From Prevotella sp. (GTDB lineage Bacteria > Bacteroidota > Bacteroidia > Bacteroidales > Bacteroidaceae), in assembly GCA_017508965.1 (NCBI GenBank), contig JAFWQT010000102.1:3780-67779 (forward strand): 64,000 nt of DNA. The letters run 5' to 3'. A model generated the notes under the pieces. The model ran no database searches. It saw nothing but the letters and a program-made list of their open reading frames with translations, and was not told where the DNA came from. Position 1 is the stretch's first letter, and every line of letters starts with the position of its first letter. Made by a program: the position numbers and the translations under genes. Positions 1 to 8,408 of this stretch are shown piece after piece.

Positions 1-77
1 CCGGCCCTTTCAGCCAACTCTACTTGAGAAAGGCCATTTTTCTTGCGTTTCTGTTTAATATGCTCTGATAAAGTCAT
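1..77 (-). CDS. HipB/y4mF-like XRE-family HTH regulator or antitoxin (N-terminus only; runs off the left edge)
   Basis: Manual translation from the ATG at 77 gives MTLSEHIKQKRKKNGLSQVELAERAG, a typical XRE HTH start. A TAnnTTTG box lies upstream (~100-107, minus strand). Confidence 0.75.
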   Translation of the reverse strand, partial: MTLSEHIKQKRKKNGLSQVELAERA

Positions 78-83
78 AACTAT

Positions 84-183
84 TATACCTTAACGGGTAC
101 AAAGTTATACTTTTTTTTTAATAATATACCAAAACGGGTATATTTTTTAATGTGATCTTTTGTTTTATACCCGAACTGATATA
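84..183. promoter_or_regulatory. Three 18-bp imperfect palindromic operators over the XRE gene promoter
   Basis: tataccttaacgggtaca (84-101), tataccaaaacgggtata (125-142) and tatacccgaactgatata (166-183), with exact 41-bp periodicity. Confidence 0.65.
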
Positions 184-269
184 TTTTTTAAGAATTCCCG
201 TAATCACCAAAGGGAAAGAGTTCATCATTTAACATGAACAGGGACCGTTCCCCTCATTGGAATGTTTCT

Positions 270-1400
270 TTACAGGAAACGTTGTCTGAACCAGAGGGAG
301 AACACGGGATCTGTAATATAGAGTTGCCGCATCTCTGAATAAATCAAATCGCGTTCGATAAGGGCATTGCGAAGGCGTACCATATTAGAGGGGCTGCCCA
401 AATCGAATTGGCTGCGTACTTTCTTCTCATTAAACCCTGTGTGAATGCCAGAAACGATGGCTCTAAGAAGATTCATTTGATAGCCGGAAAGCGGTTCTAT
501 CTGTTGCATATAAAGTGCCTCGTTGGTACTTATCATTTCCTTAACGGCCAATGGCAGCAATTCTTCCGTTGCTGTTTCTCCTTGAGGTGTGTGGTTCAGA
601 ATAATGAATGCCAGGTGCTGCACGTATGACGGATAGAGTTCCACTATCTCGCAGATTTTCGTTACCATCTCCTCAGAGATATGCCGGCCTGCATTTTCGA
701 AATGGCTGACGATATAGTCAGTCCAGTCGGATGTCGGAATCTTCTGGAGCCACATCAGGTCACCAAACTGATAGAAGGGCATACTGCGGTTGAGGAAGAT
801 TTTGCTCATCATGTGCCGTTTGCTGCCAAACAGGCAATATGAAGTATAGTGGTGATGCTGCCAGACGGACCGTAGTTTCGCCTGTACGGACTTGGTGTTT
901 TCAAACTCGCCCACTTGCTGAAACTCGTCAATGCAGACAACTATATGGCGGTTTTTGCGCTTGGCTATCACCTCGACCATATTCAGCACCTCTTCTGGGC
1001 TGTGCGTTTCAGGCGTAATGCCAAGAGATACGCTGATGTCTGAAGTTGGATCTATAGGAATGTGGATCTTGGGTGTGAGCCTTGCAAGAAAATCTTTGGC
1101 CTCATCCATCCACGCCTGGATTTTAGAGGCTGTCTGTTTCAATACTGCCACAGCCAAAACATTGTAGAAATCGTATTCGCTCTTACATCCGAAAATATCC
1201 AAACGGACTGTAATGATATCGGTTCCTTCCAATTGTCGGCATACATGGTCTACCAATGATGTCTTCCCCCAACGGCGAGGTGAAATAAGAATGGAGTTAA
1301 TGCCATTCGTGAAATTCAACTTTAGGCGACGGGTTTCTTCCTTTCGCCCTGTGAAATTATAGTCAGTAACGGCTACTCCGTAAACGAAACTTTTCTCCAT
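270..1400 (-). CDS. AAA-family ATP-binding protein (archaeal-ATPase-like, probable C-terminal wHTH)
   Basis: FTGR(K)EE N-terminal motif, Walker A SPRRWGKTS, Walker B CIDEFQ, C-terminal DPVFSLWF. Confidence 0.85.
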   Translation of the reverse strand: MEKSFVYGVAVTDYNFTGRKEETRRLKLNFTNGINSILISPRRWGKTSLVDHVCRQLEGTDIITVRLDIFGCKSEYDFYNVLAVAVLKQTASKIQAWMDEAKDFLARLTPKIHIPIDPTSDISVSLGITPETHSPEEVLNMVEVIAKRKNRHIVVCIDEFQQVGEFENTKSVQAKLRSVWQHHHYTSYCLFGSKRHMMSKIFLNRSMPFYQFGDLMWLQKIPTSDWTDYIVSHFENAGRHISEEMVTKICEIVELYPSYVQHLAFIILNHTPQGETATEELLPLAVKEMISTNEALYMQQIEPLSGYQMNLLRAIVSGIHTGFNEKKVRSQFDLGSPSNMVRLRNALIERDLIYSEMRQLYITDPVFSLWFRQRFL

Positions 1401-1450
1401 AACTTGTTGGGATTGAATGCTTTTGGGGACAAAGATAGAAAAAAAGAAGT

Positions 1451-1487
1451 AATTTCACAAGTTTGTGATTCACAAACTTGTGAAATT
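1451..1487. promoter_or_regulatory. Perfect 37-bp palindrome (operator and/or capA terminator)
   Basis: aatttcacaagtttgtga-t-tcacaaacttgtgaaatt, located between the capA stop and the ATPase -7 box (1430-1437). Confidence 0.6.
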
Positions 1488-1497
1488 TAAGTTTTTT

Positions 1498-2502
1498 TTA
1501 TTCCTTAAGATACGGAACGCATTTACGGATTTCCACGGGAATCATCTCTACTTCGGAGGATTCCCGTGTGATTTTTAGGCGGACCATGCAGGCGCGGGTG
1601 TTGATGGGGCGCTGCTGGTCGAAGATGAAGTTGCCGATGCTGTAGTAGATGCGGTGGCCGTTGTAATCCTCGATGGTCTGCAGGGTGTGGGTGTGATGGC
1701 AGATGAGCACGTCGGCACCGGCATCAATCAGTTGGCGGGCCTCCTTGCGCTGCTGGGGAACGGGTTTCAGGGTGTGTTCTCCTCCCCAGTGAAGACTGAC
1801 GATGATATAGGCTTCGGGCTGCGACTGGCGCAGACGGATGATTCGCTGACTAAGTGAATCGATGTTTTCCTGACTGACACAGGGTTTGTCGGGTAGGAAG
1901 GAATAGTTTTCGAGCGTCAGTCGCAGAGAGGCAAACAGCCATACGGGACGGGGATTATCGCAGATAAGTACAGGCTGGATGGCTTCTTCCAAGTTATTAC
2001 CCGCTCCTACGGGAACTATTCCTGCCTTGCGGATGTTCTGCCAGGTGTCCACCAGTCCCGCACGTCCCTGGTCGATGCTGTGGTTGTTGGCCAGATTTAG
2101 ATGGGTGATGCGATGCTCGCGGAGCACGGAGAGCCATTCCGGTTCTGCGCGGAATACATATTTCTTGAAGTTCGGCTGTACGGTCTTGGTGGCGGGGCAT
2201 TCCAGATTGCCCACCACATAGTCCGCCTGACGGAACAGCGAGTCGATGCCTTTCGAGAAAAGACGCTCGATGCCAGTGTGTTCAATGCGCTGTCGGACTC
2301 CACGGTCGAGCAGGATGTCGCCGGTAAAGAGCACCTCTACGGTGTCTTTATGAAGTGAAGAGTGAAGAGTGTCTTTAAGTGAAGAGTGTAGAGTGAAGAG
2401 TGAAGAATCGGCTGCCGCCCTATTTGAGGCGGATATTGTGGCTGTGAATACGAATATCGTTATAACAGCTGGGAGGCAATATGTCGGAAAATGATTCTTC
2501 AC
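1498..2502 (-). CDS. CapA-family (PGA_cap) metallophosphoesterase
   Basis: Motifs TGDILLDRGV, GNLECP, NLANNHSID, SLHWG, HHTH and YSIGNFIFD. Start codon uncertain. Confidence 0.9.
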   Translation of the reverse strand: MKNHFPTYCLPAVITIFVFTATISASNRAAADSSLFTLHSSLKDTLHSSLHKDTVEVLFTGDILLDRGVRQRIEHTGIERLFSKGIDSLFRQADYVVGNLECPATKTVQPNFKKYVFRAEPEWLSVLREHRITHLNLANNHSIDQGRAGLVDTWQNIRKAGIVPVGAGNNLEEAIQPVLICDNPRPVWLFASLRLTLENYSFLPDKPCVSQENIDSLSQRIIRLRQSQPEAYIIVSLHWGGEHTLKPVPQQRKEARQLIDAGADVLICHHTHTLQTIEDYNGHRIYYSIGNFIFDQQRPINTRACMVRLKITRESSEVEMIPVEIRKCVPYLKE

Positions 2503-2519
2503 TCTTTATTTTTCCTCTG

Positions 2520-2815
2520 GTCGCTTCGCTCGAAATTATATTTAAAATTATACATACTGTTAGTTGAATTTTTTCAACTAACCATTCCCCTCCTTAGAAA
2601 GGAGGGGCTGGGGGTGGTTGATGACTTAAAGGCTCTATAGTAATATCCGGAGGCATAGTAAAAAACACATATATCCCTGATTATCAACCACCCCCGACCC
2701 CTCCTTTCTAAGGAGGGGGGATGGATACATTCTTCATCCGTACAGGCCGATTAATATTTAGAATCACCAATTATAAATAAAATTTTAAATATAATTTCAA
2801 GGGCGAAGCCCGCCC
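2520..2815. repeat. Nested inverted-repeat (MITE/REP-like) element
   Basis: Outer 18-bp IR gaaattatatttaaaatt (2532-2549 / 2781-2798) encloses a 36-bp REP pair (2587-2622 / 2683-2718). Confidence 0.75.
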
Positions 2816-2832
2816 ACAGAATCTTCACTTAT

Positions 2833-2937
2833 TAGTGCCCTTCGGGCAGAAATCTCACAAATAAAATCAAAATCTTTTTATTAATTATAGAGGATTATTT
2901 TTTATATATTTGTGAGATTTCTCGCCGAAGGCGACTA
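2833..2937. repeat. Long inverted repeat directly after the DUF3160 gene
   Basis: agaaatctcacaaata (2848-2863) pairs with tatttgtgagatttct (2907-2922), extended by ccttcgg/ccgaagg arms. Confidence 0.65.
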
Positions 2938-2943
2938 AACAAG

Positions 2944-5352
2944 TTAGCATCCTGAACTATAGAAAATCTTCTCGTTGTCGAGCGATTTTCCGTTGAGCGG
3001 CACGATGATTTCCTTCATCCACTCGGGGATGCCCTTGTTGGGCTTGGTCTGCAACTGCTCCTGCCATTCCTCGTCGGTCATGCGCGGAGCATCGAGGGCT
3101 TCATGAAATTCACGGTAGGAGAAGACGGCACCGCGGGTGAGATACAGGTAGCCCTCAATTTCAACGACCACGTAAATCTCGTGGGCAGGCCCCACGGCCT
3201 CATAGACCACAGCCGGATTCGGGTTGTTGAATGCATTCGCTGTATATACATCGGCCACCAGGGCGATTTTCTTGTCGGCACCCTCTACGTCATTCCACCC
3301 TTGCAGATATTGGTCGGGCTGCTGTATGAGGTGCAGCGTGATGTATTCGAAGGCAGAGCCGATGCTTTCCACCTGACTGTATTCCTCGTCGCTGAGGCGC
3401 TTTCCGGCCAGTTCCTTCTTGCTGCAGTTGAGTAGGAACTCAGCCTTGTCGCGCAGTTCTTCGGTGCAGCTCTTGCTCTTCTCGGTGGTGAGGTCGTATT
3501 TCTGGAGCAGCGCATTGGTGGCGTCGATCAGTTCAAGGGCTTTCGTCCAGTAGGCTATGTTCGGCTCCACATATCCGCGGGTGATGGGCTCCGGTATGCC
3601 ATAGCCGCCACATTCGGCACCGAACGGCTGCTTGGCATAGAGGATGGCGTCGTGCTTCAGTTCTGCCCACGAGGCCAAGGCGCTGTTGAGCGACTTCTTG
3701 TCCCATTGCGGTGTCTTCATAAAATAAGGTGCACCCTCCGGGACGGCGTTAATGTCCTTGGTGGAGGCTATCCAGCGGTTGGCCACGCAGCAGTTCCAGT
3801 CAATCTCCTTCATGCGCTGTTTCATGCGCTGCAGATTCTCCCCATACTTGTTCCAGCGTCCCTGTTCGTTGAGTTCTTTTAGCAGGATGCGCTCGGCCGA
3901 CTGGATACCGATGGCGGCCAGCACGTCAAGACCGGTAGGCTCGGGGCGCAGCGTCGGCTTGTTGTCGTAGTCGACCATCTCCTGCAGCACTTCGGCATCG
4001 GGCTGGTAACGCTGTGGAATCACGTTCAGCTTCACCGCACTGGATATAAGGTTCTTGGGTTTGATACGTGTCTGCTTGCCGTCCAAATCCTCGATGGATT
4101 TGCGGATTTTTGCAAGTTTCGCCTTGTTTTTGAGACATTCCTCAACCGTCAGGTTCTGTTCCTTCATCAGCTGATAGACCTGCAGCAGCGAAACGTTGTC
4201 GGTCTGACCCATCAGGAAGGTGATGGGCTGGTTCACGGTTTCGTAGAGCCGGTGCAGTTTGTCGTTCTTGCCGATGACGTCTGCGATGAGCAGGGCACTC
4301 TTCAGATAGCGCTCCATGTCCGTGCCGAAGGGCGCGCTCTGCAGCCACATCATTCCCATGAAGTACTGTTTCAGACTCTCCGACCGCGTGTAATGGCCGC
4401 GTGGGCGGTAGGTGCTGTAGAAATATTTCGGCATTTCGTTTTCAGGTGTATAGCCCAGGAACTCTGAATATTCGATACCGGCATCCTTGACATGTTTGAT
4501 TTCCACTCCGGCTGACGCTTTGTAGGCGGCAGGGAATGCCAGTGTCTGTTTACCCGTGAGCAGCGTGTGGGCAATGGCAAAGAAGGCCATGTCGTATTCG
4601 GCGGCAGCCTTCATGTCGGGATTCTTGGTCTGGCTGGCAATCTTGCTTATTTCCTGATAGGCCGTCTTGCTGAACTCGGTCATCACGGGAAGCATCTTCT
4701 GTTCTTCCACGTCGCGCAGCAGACAGTCGAAATACATGTGGAAGGCCTGCAGGAAGAGGTCGGTGGTCACAAAATTGGGGAAGTTGTGATAGTCGTTGCG
4801 CTCGTAGACGTGGAACAGCTGGTCTTCCTCTCCGGGCACAATGGCAAATCCCTGACGGCTGAGGGCTTTCTGCAGCCGCGGGTCGAAGGTGGACAGCTGG
4901 AAGGGGTTCACGATATTGGCGATGTTCACCAGTTGTCCGGCAGTTCCGGGGAAATTATTGGCTTTCAGTTCTTCCTCGCGCGCTTTCAGTTTGGCCATGA
5001 AAGCCTGCTCCTCTTTGGTGTAGCTGATAGGAGCCATTTTGTTGCGCTTGGTGTTCTTCTCACCGCTTTCATTGTATTCCTCGCTGTCCCAGAAGCGTTT
5101 CTCCAGCACGGTGTTGTACCATGAAGTGCTGCCGAAGACGCCGCGCAGGTCGGCATTCATGAAGCAGAATCCCTGGCGGGCAGAGAAGGCATTGCGCAGG
5201 ATGCGCAGGTCGCTGAGACTGTAGCCTGAGATGTCCTGGTTGAGATCTATCTTACCGTTGAGTTTCTCCACGTCCAGACGTGAAGGCTTCAGTTGCTGTG
5301 CGCTTGCTCCCAAGGTGAAGAGCAAAAGGGCGAATAGGATTGCTTTTCTCAT
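2944..5352 (-). CDS. Secreted YARHG + DUF3160 domain protein
   Basis: Signal peptide; LRILRNAFSARQGFCF (YARHG-like); DUF3160 hallmarks FVTTD, PRGHYT, LASWAELKHDAILYAKQ and RGAVFSYREF. Confidence 0.85.
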   Translation of the reverse strand: MRKAILFALLLFTLGASAQQLKPSRLDVEKLNGKIDLNQDISGYSLSDLRILRNAFSARQGFCFMNADLRGVFGSTSWYNTVLEKRFWDSEEYNESGEKNTKRNKMAPISYTKEEQAFMAKLKAREEELKANNFPGTAGQLVNIANIVNPFQLSTFDPRLQKALSRQGFAIVPGEEDQLFHVYERNDYHNFPNFVTTDLFLQAFHMYFDCLLRDVEEQKMLPVMTEFSKTAYQEISKIASQTKNPDMKAAAEYDMAFFAIAHTLLTGKQTLAFPAAYKASAGVEIKHVKDAGIEYSEFLGYTPENEMPKYFYSTYRPRGHYTRSESLKQYFMGMMWLQSAPFGTDMERYLKSALLIADVIGKNDKLHRLYETVNQPITFLMGQTDNVSLLQVYQLMKEQNLTVEECLKNKAKLAKIRKSIEDLDGKQTRIKPKNLISSAVKLNVIPQRYQPDAEVLQEMVDYDNKPTLRPEPTGLDVLAAIGIQSAERILLKELNEQGRWNKYGENLQRMKQRMKEIDWNCCVANRWIASTKDINAVPEGAPYFMKTPQWDKKSLNSALASWAELKHDAILYAKQPFGAECGGYGIPEPITRGYVEPNIAYWTKALELIDATNALLQKYDLTTEKSKSCTEELRDKAEFLLNCSKKELAGKRLSDEEYSQVESIGSAFEYITLHLIQQPDQYLQGWNDVEGADKKIALVADVYTANAFNNPNPAVVYEAVGPAHEIYVVVEIEGYLYLTRGAVFSYREFHEALDAPRMTDEEWQEQLQTKPNKGIPEWMKEIIVPLNGKSLDNEKIFYSSGC

Positions 5353-5377
5353 AATATTGAATGTTTATAGTTAATGT

Positions 5378-5893
5378 TCATTGGTTGAAGACCTGCAAGG
5401 CTTCTTCGCGGCTAACGTTCTTGGCCAGGAACCGCCGGAAACCCATCCCGAAGTGCTCCCATTGATACTCGGCCACCACGTAACGGTTGTCGGTAGTGGT
5501 CTCCAGACTGCGGATAAGACCGTCGATGAAACGGAAATCCTGAAGGATGCCGCCCAGACGAGAACCCAGCCAAAGCGCTCTGACATGTCCCTCATAGTTC
5601 TTGAAGATGAACAGGCGCCGGCCTTTTTCGGGGAAGTAGCGGGTGCTTTTGATGACACCCACCATGGCATCCGTCTTTCCGTCGCCGTCCACATCGCCTG
5701 TCTGGAACTGGTAGACGGGGTAGGGCAGCGGCCATTTGCTCACCTGTTGCTTACTGCTGAGTTCCAGCACGTGGAGCGTGTCGTTGACCTGCCGGAGCGA
5801 GAACACGGCGCTGTCGGCTTTTTCCTCAGCTGTTGCAGTAAGCACAAAAGGCATACTGAACAGCAGGATTGTTGTCAGTACGCCTTTCGTCAT
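5378..5893 (-). CDS. Secreted hypothetical protein with one DxDxDG (FG-GAP/EF-like) motif
   Basis: Signal peptide, GDVDGDGKTD and WLGSRLGG. Operonic with its neighbours. Confidence 0.7.
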   Translation of the reverse strand: MTKGVLTTILLFSMPFVLTATAEEKADSAVFSLRQVNDTLHVLELSSKQQVSKWPLPYPVYQFQTGDVDGDGKTDAMVGVIKSTRYFPEKGRRLFIFKNYEGHVRALWLGSRLGGILQDFRFIDGLIRSLETTTDNRYVVAEYQWEHFGMGFRRFLAKNVSREEALQVFNQ

Positions 5894-5908
5894 GTCGTAT
5901 TTTTTGTT

Positions 5909-7063
5909 TTATAGTAAACTCTGAATCTCGGCGTCGAGGTCCTTAATCTGCGCGTCACGCTTGTGGAGCAGTACGTCGCGTCCCAGCAGGAAGAACGTCG
6001 GAATGTCCTGGACGTTGAAGGTCTGCAAGACCTGAGACTGGAGTCCCTGCGGGTCGCGCACGCTGATCCAGGGCAGTGCATCGGTCTGCTGTTTCCAGAA
6101 ATGTTCGTCGGGGTCGAGGCTCACCTGGTAGATTTCGAAGCCGCGGTCGTGGTATTTGTTGTAGATTTCGCGCAGTTTCATGATGCGGGCAGTGCTCTCC
6201 TTGGTGGCGAAGATGTGGAAGTCGAGCATCACCACCTTACCCTTCAGGTCGCTCAGCTTGGTCATCTGTCCACGGTTGTTGATGAGTTCGATGTCCAAAA
6301 TGCCCGTGGTGTTCACCTTGTTCAAGTCTATTTGCAGGTTCTTCTTGCTCTCCACGATGCGGATGTTCTTCATGCCTTCAAGGGCGATGTTGTGCAGGTT
6401 CTCCTTGCGCAGGGCGTTCGGATAGAAGGTGTCCCACGAGGTGGCCACGGCGGCAAAGGCCTTGATGTCGTCTTTGTTCTCGCGCGGATTGAAGATAAGC
6501 ATGTTGCCCAAAGTCTGGAACAGGGCGAAATAGCTGCTCGACTTCATGGGCGCCTTGAAGATGTAGTTCTGCTTGATGTCTTCCTTGTAGGCCTCAATCA
6601 CCTTGCTGATGCTGTCGTTGGTGGCCTCCATGCCCATCTGTGCGTTCTGCTGGATGGCCAGCACATTATTGTATAAGGCGATGTTCTTCAGCGACAGTTC
6701 CTTGATGGTTGAGCAGTTTTCAGAGCCTTCCACGGTGTAGCCCGTCGACATGGTGGGGTATTGGGCCTTCACGGTGATGGTCTCGGTGGAGTCAACGCTG
6801 AGGCTGATATACTGGTTGGCAATGCGCAGGCGGTAGAACTCAGGGGCTTCGGGTCTGGCTTCCGAGAAGTCGAAGCTGCCGTCTTCGCCCAGTTTCACCG
6901 AATCGATGGCTACCGGTCCGTCGAGACTGAGGTTCTCGAAATAGAGCATCGAGTCCTTGGCCTCAGAGATGTTACCCTTAATGTGGAATTTCTCTTGGTT
7001 GCAGGCAGAGAGCGCCAGCACGGCAACCCCTGCAACTATCGTCTTGGAAATAATCTTTTTCAT
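5909..7063 (-). CDS. DUF4369 / TlpA-like thioredoxin-fold lipoprotein (no CxxC)
   Basis: Start revised to the ATG at 7063 (MKKIISK...LSAC lipobox). LSDLKGKVVMLDF and GFEIYQVSLD thioredoxin-like motifs. Confidence 0.8.
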   Translation of the reverse strand: MKKIISKTIVAGVAVLALSACNQEKFHIKGNISEAKDSMLYFENLSLDGPVAIDSVKLGEDGSFDFSEARPEAPEFYRLRIANQYISLSVDSTETITVKAQYPTMSTGYTVEGSENCSTIKELSLKNIALYNNVLAIQQNAQMGMEATNDSISKVIEAYKEDIKQNYIFKAPMKSSSYFALFQTLGNMLIFNPRENKDDIKAFAAVATSWDTFYPNALRKENLHNIALEGMKNIRIVESKKNLQIDLNKVNTTGILDIELINNRGQMTKLSDLKGKVVMLDFHIFATKESTARIMKLREIYNKYHDRGFEIYQVSLDPDEHFWKQQTDALPWISVRDPQGLQSQVLQTFNVQDIPTFFLLGRDVLLHKRDAQIKDLDAEIQSLL

Positions 7064-7351
7064 CCTTATTACATATTTTATATTTTGGTGCAAAGTTAGT
7101 GCAAAATTTCGATTAAGCGAAGAGAAAACAAATTTATTTGCTTTCTTGAGCGTGAGAAATTTATTTAAATGAGCGGAAAAACCAAAATTTATTTTTGATT
7201 TTTCCCGAATGCCGCCTAACTTCATGGCTCGGAGAGACATAAAGATAGTGCAAACGGAGGAAATATCAAAAAAAAGTAGTCTTTTTCTTGTGCCATTACT
7301 TTTTTAATCACTACCTTTGCACGATTTTTCCAACAAATTGAGTAAACAAAG

Positions 7352-8248
7352 ATGAAACTTAAAACAATGCTTTGCGCCGTGCTGCTGTTCCTGTCGATGG
7401 CAGTACAGGCCCAGAATCAGGAAACTGCCGACAGCGTTGCAACCGATTCACTGGTGAGAGTGATTGGATGGTTTTGCAAGACGGACACCCTGGAATACAC
7501 CTTTTCGCAAGTAGTGGCCGAGGTCGTCGGAACAGACACTACGGTGGTGGAAGCTGCGGGAAACGATTTCCGCATCTGTGTGGCCGATTCCACAAAGAAA
7601 GGCTACACCATGCAACTTGTCAACACCGATGTGTGGCAGCGTGATTCCACATCGGTAAAAGGTAGGATGACTTTAGAGGCCGCCCGTATGGCCTTAGGTA
7701 CCAAGGTGCTGTTTTCTACCGATGAAATGGGCAGTTTTCAGGAAATCATCAACTGGAAAGACCTCTACAAGAACGCTTTGAACTATCAGGACAAGCTGGT
7801 GAATCGTATCTTTTACGAGCATCCCGAGCTGTATGCGCGCCAGAATATAGACGAACTGAAGAAGCAGATTAAGCAGAACACCGAGGAACTGATGGGCAGC
7901 CAGGAGAAAATCACGAACTTGTTTCACCAGCTCAAACTGCTATTTGCCTTCCATGGAAAGCAATTGCCTGTGGGCGAATCAACCACCGAGAATGGTGGCG
8001 TTCAGATATATTATCTGACCCGTAACGGCGCATTGGAGGGGGAGGAAGACTCCACCGAGAATGAGTATCAGCTCTATGTCGAGGTGACCGAGAAGGAAGC
8101 TGACGGCACCACGACCAACTATTATTACGACAATGCCTATTTCGACGACGGCTGGCCCCGCAGTGTGGTGGTTACTGTCGAGGAAGAAAAAGCCGATAAG
8201 AAGGTCATCACCCAGATGAAGATTAGCTGGCTCAGGAAGGCCTGGTAG
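7352..8248 (+). CDS. Secreted hypothetical protein
   Basis: 298 aa ORF with a signal peptide. -7 box TACCTTTG at 7312-7319. Confidence 0.7.
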   Translation: MKLKTMLCAVLLFLSMAVQAQNQETADSVATDSLVRVIGWFCKTDTLEYTFSQVVAEVVGTDTTVVEAAGNDFRICVADSTKKGYTMQLVNTDVWQRDSTSVKGRMTLEAARMALGTKVLFSTDEMGSFQEIINWKDLYKNALNYQDKLVNRIFYEHPELYARQNIDELKKQIKQNTEELMGSQEKITNLFHQLKLLFAFHGKQLPVGESTTENGGVQIYYLTRNGALEGEEDSTENEYQLYVEVTEKEADGTTTNYYYDNAYFDDGWPRSVVVTVEEEKADKKVITQMKISWLRKAW

Positions 8249-8408
8249 TCGCGCTTTCCATCTGCCGACAGCGATTAATTTGGTAAAAAAAGATAATTTA
8301 CCCGGATTTATTCGTTTGTTCATTATCTTTTACGTATCTTTGCACGGATTTTGCGAAGAGATTCCTTTTCGCATTTTGATGTAAGTTAAAACAATAAGTA
8401 ATTTTTAG

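Noticed and set aside
7064-7240. N-terminal extension of the TlpA-like ORF (likewise the extended starts for susC 18657, umuC 24957 and MTase 47813)
   Set aside because: The extensions run through promoter, repeat or upstream-gene DNA. Downstream ATGs give proper signal peptides or family starts.
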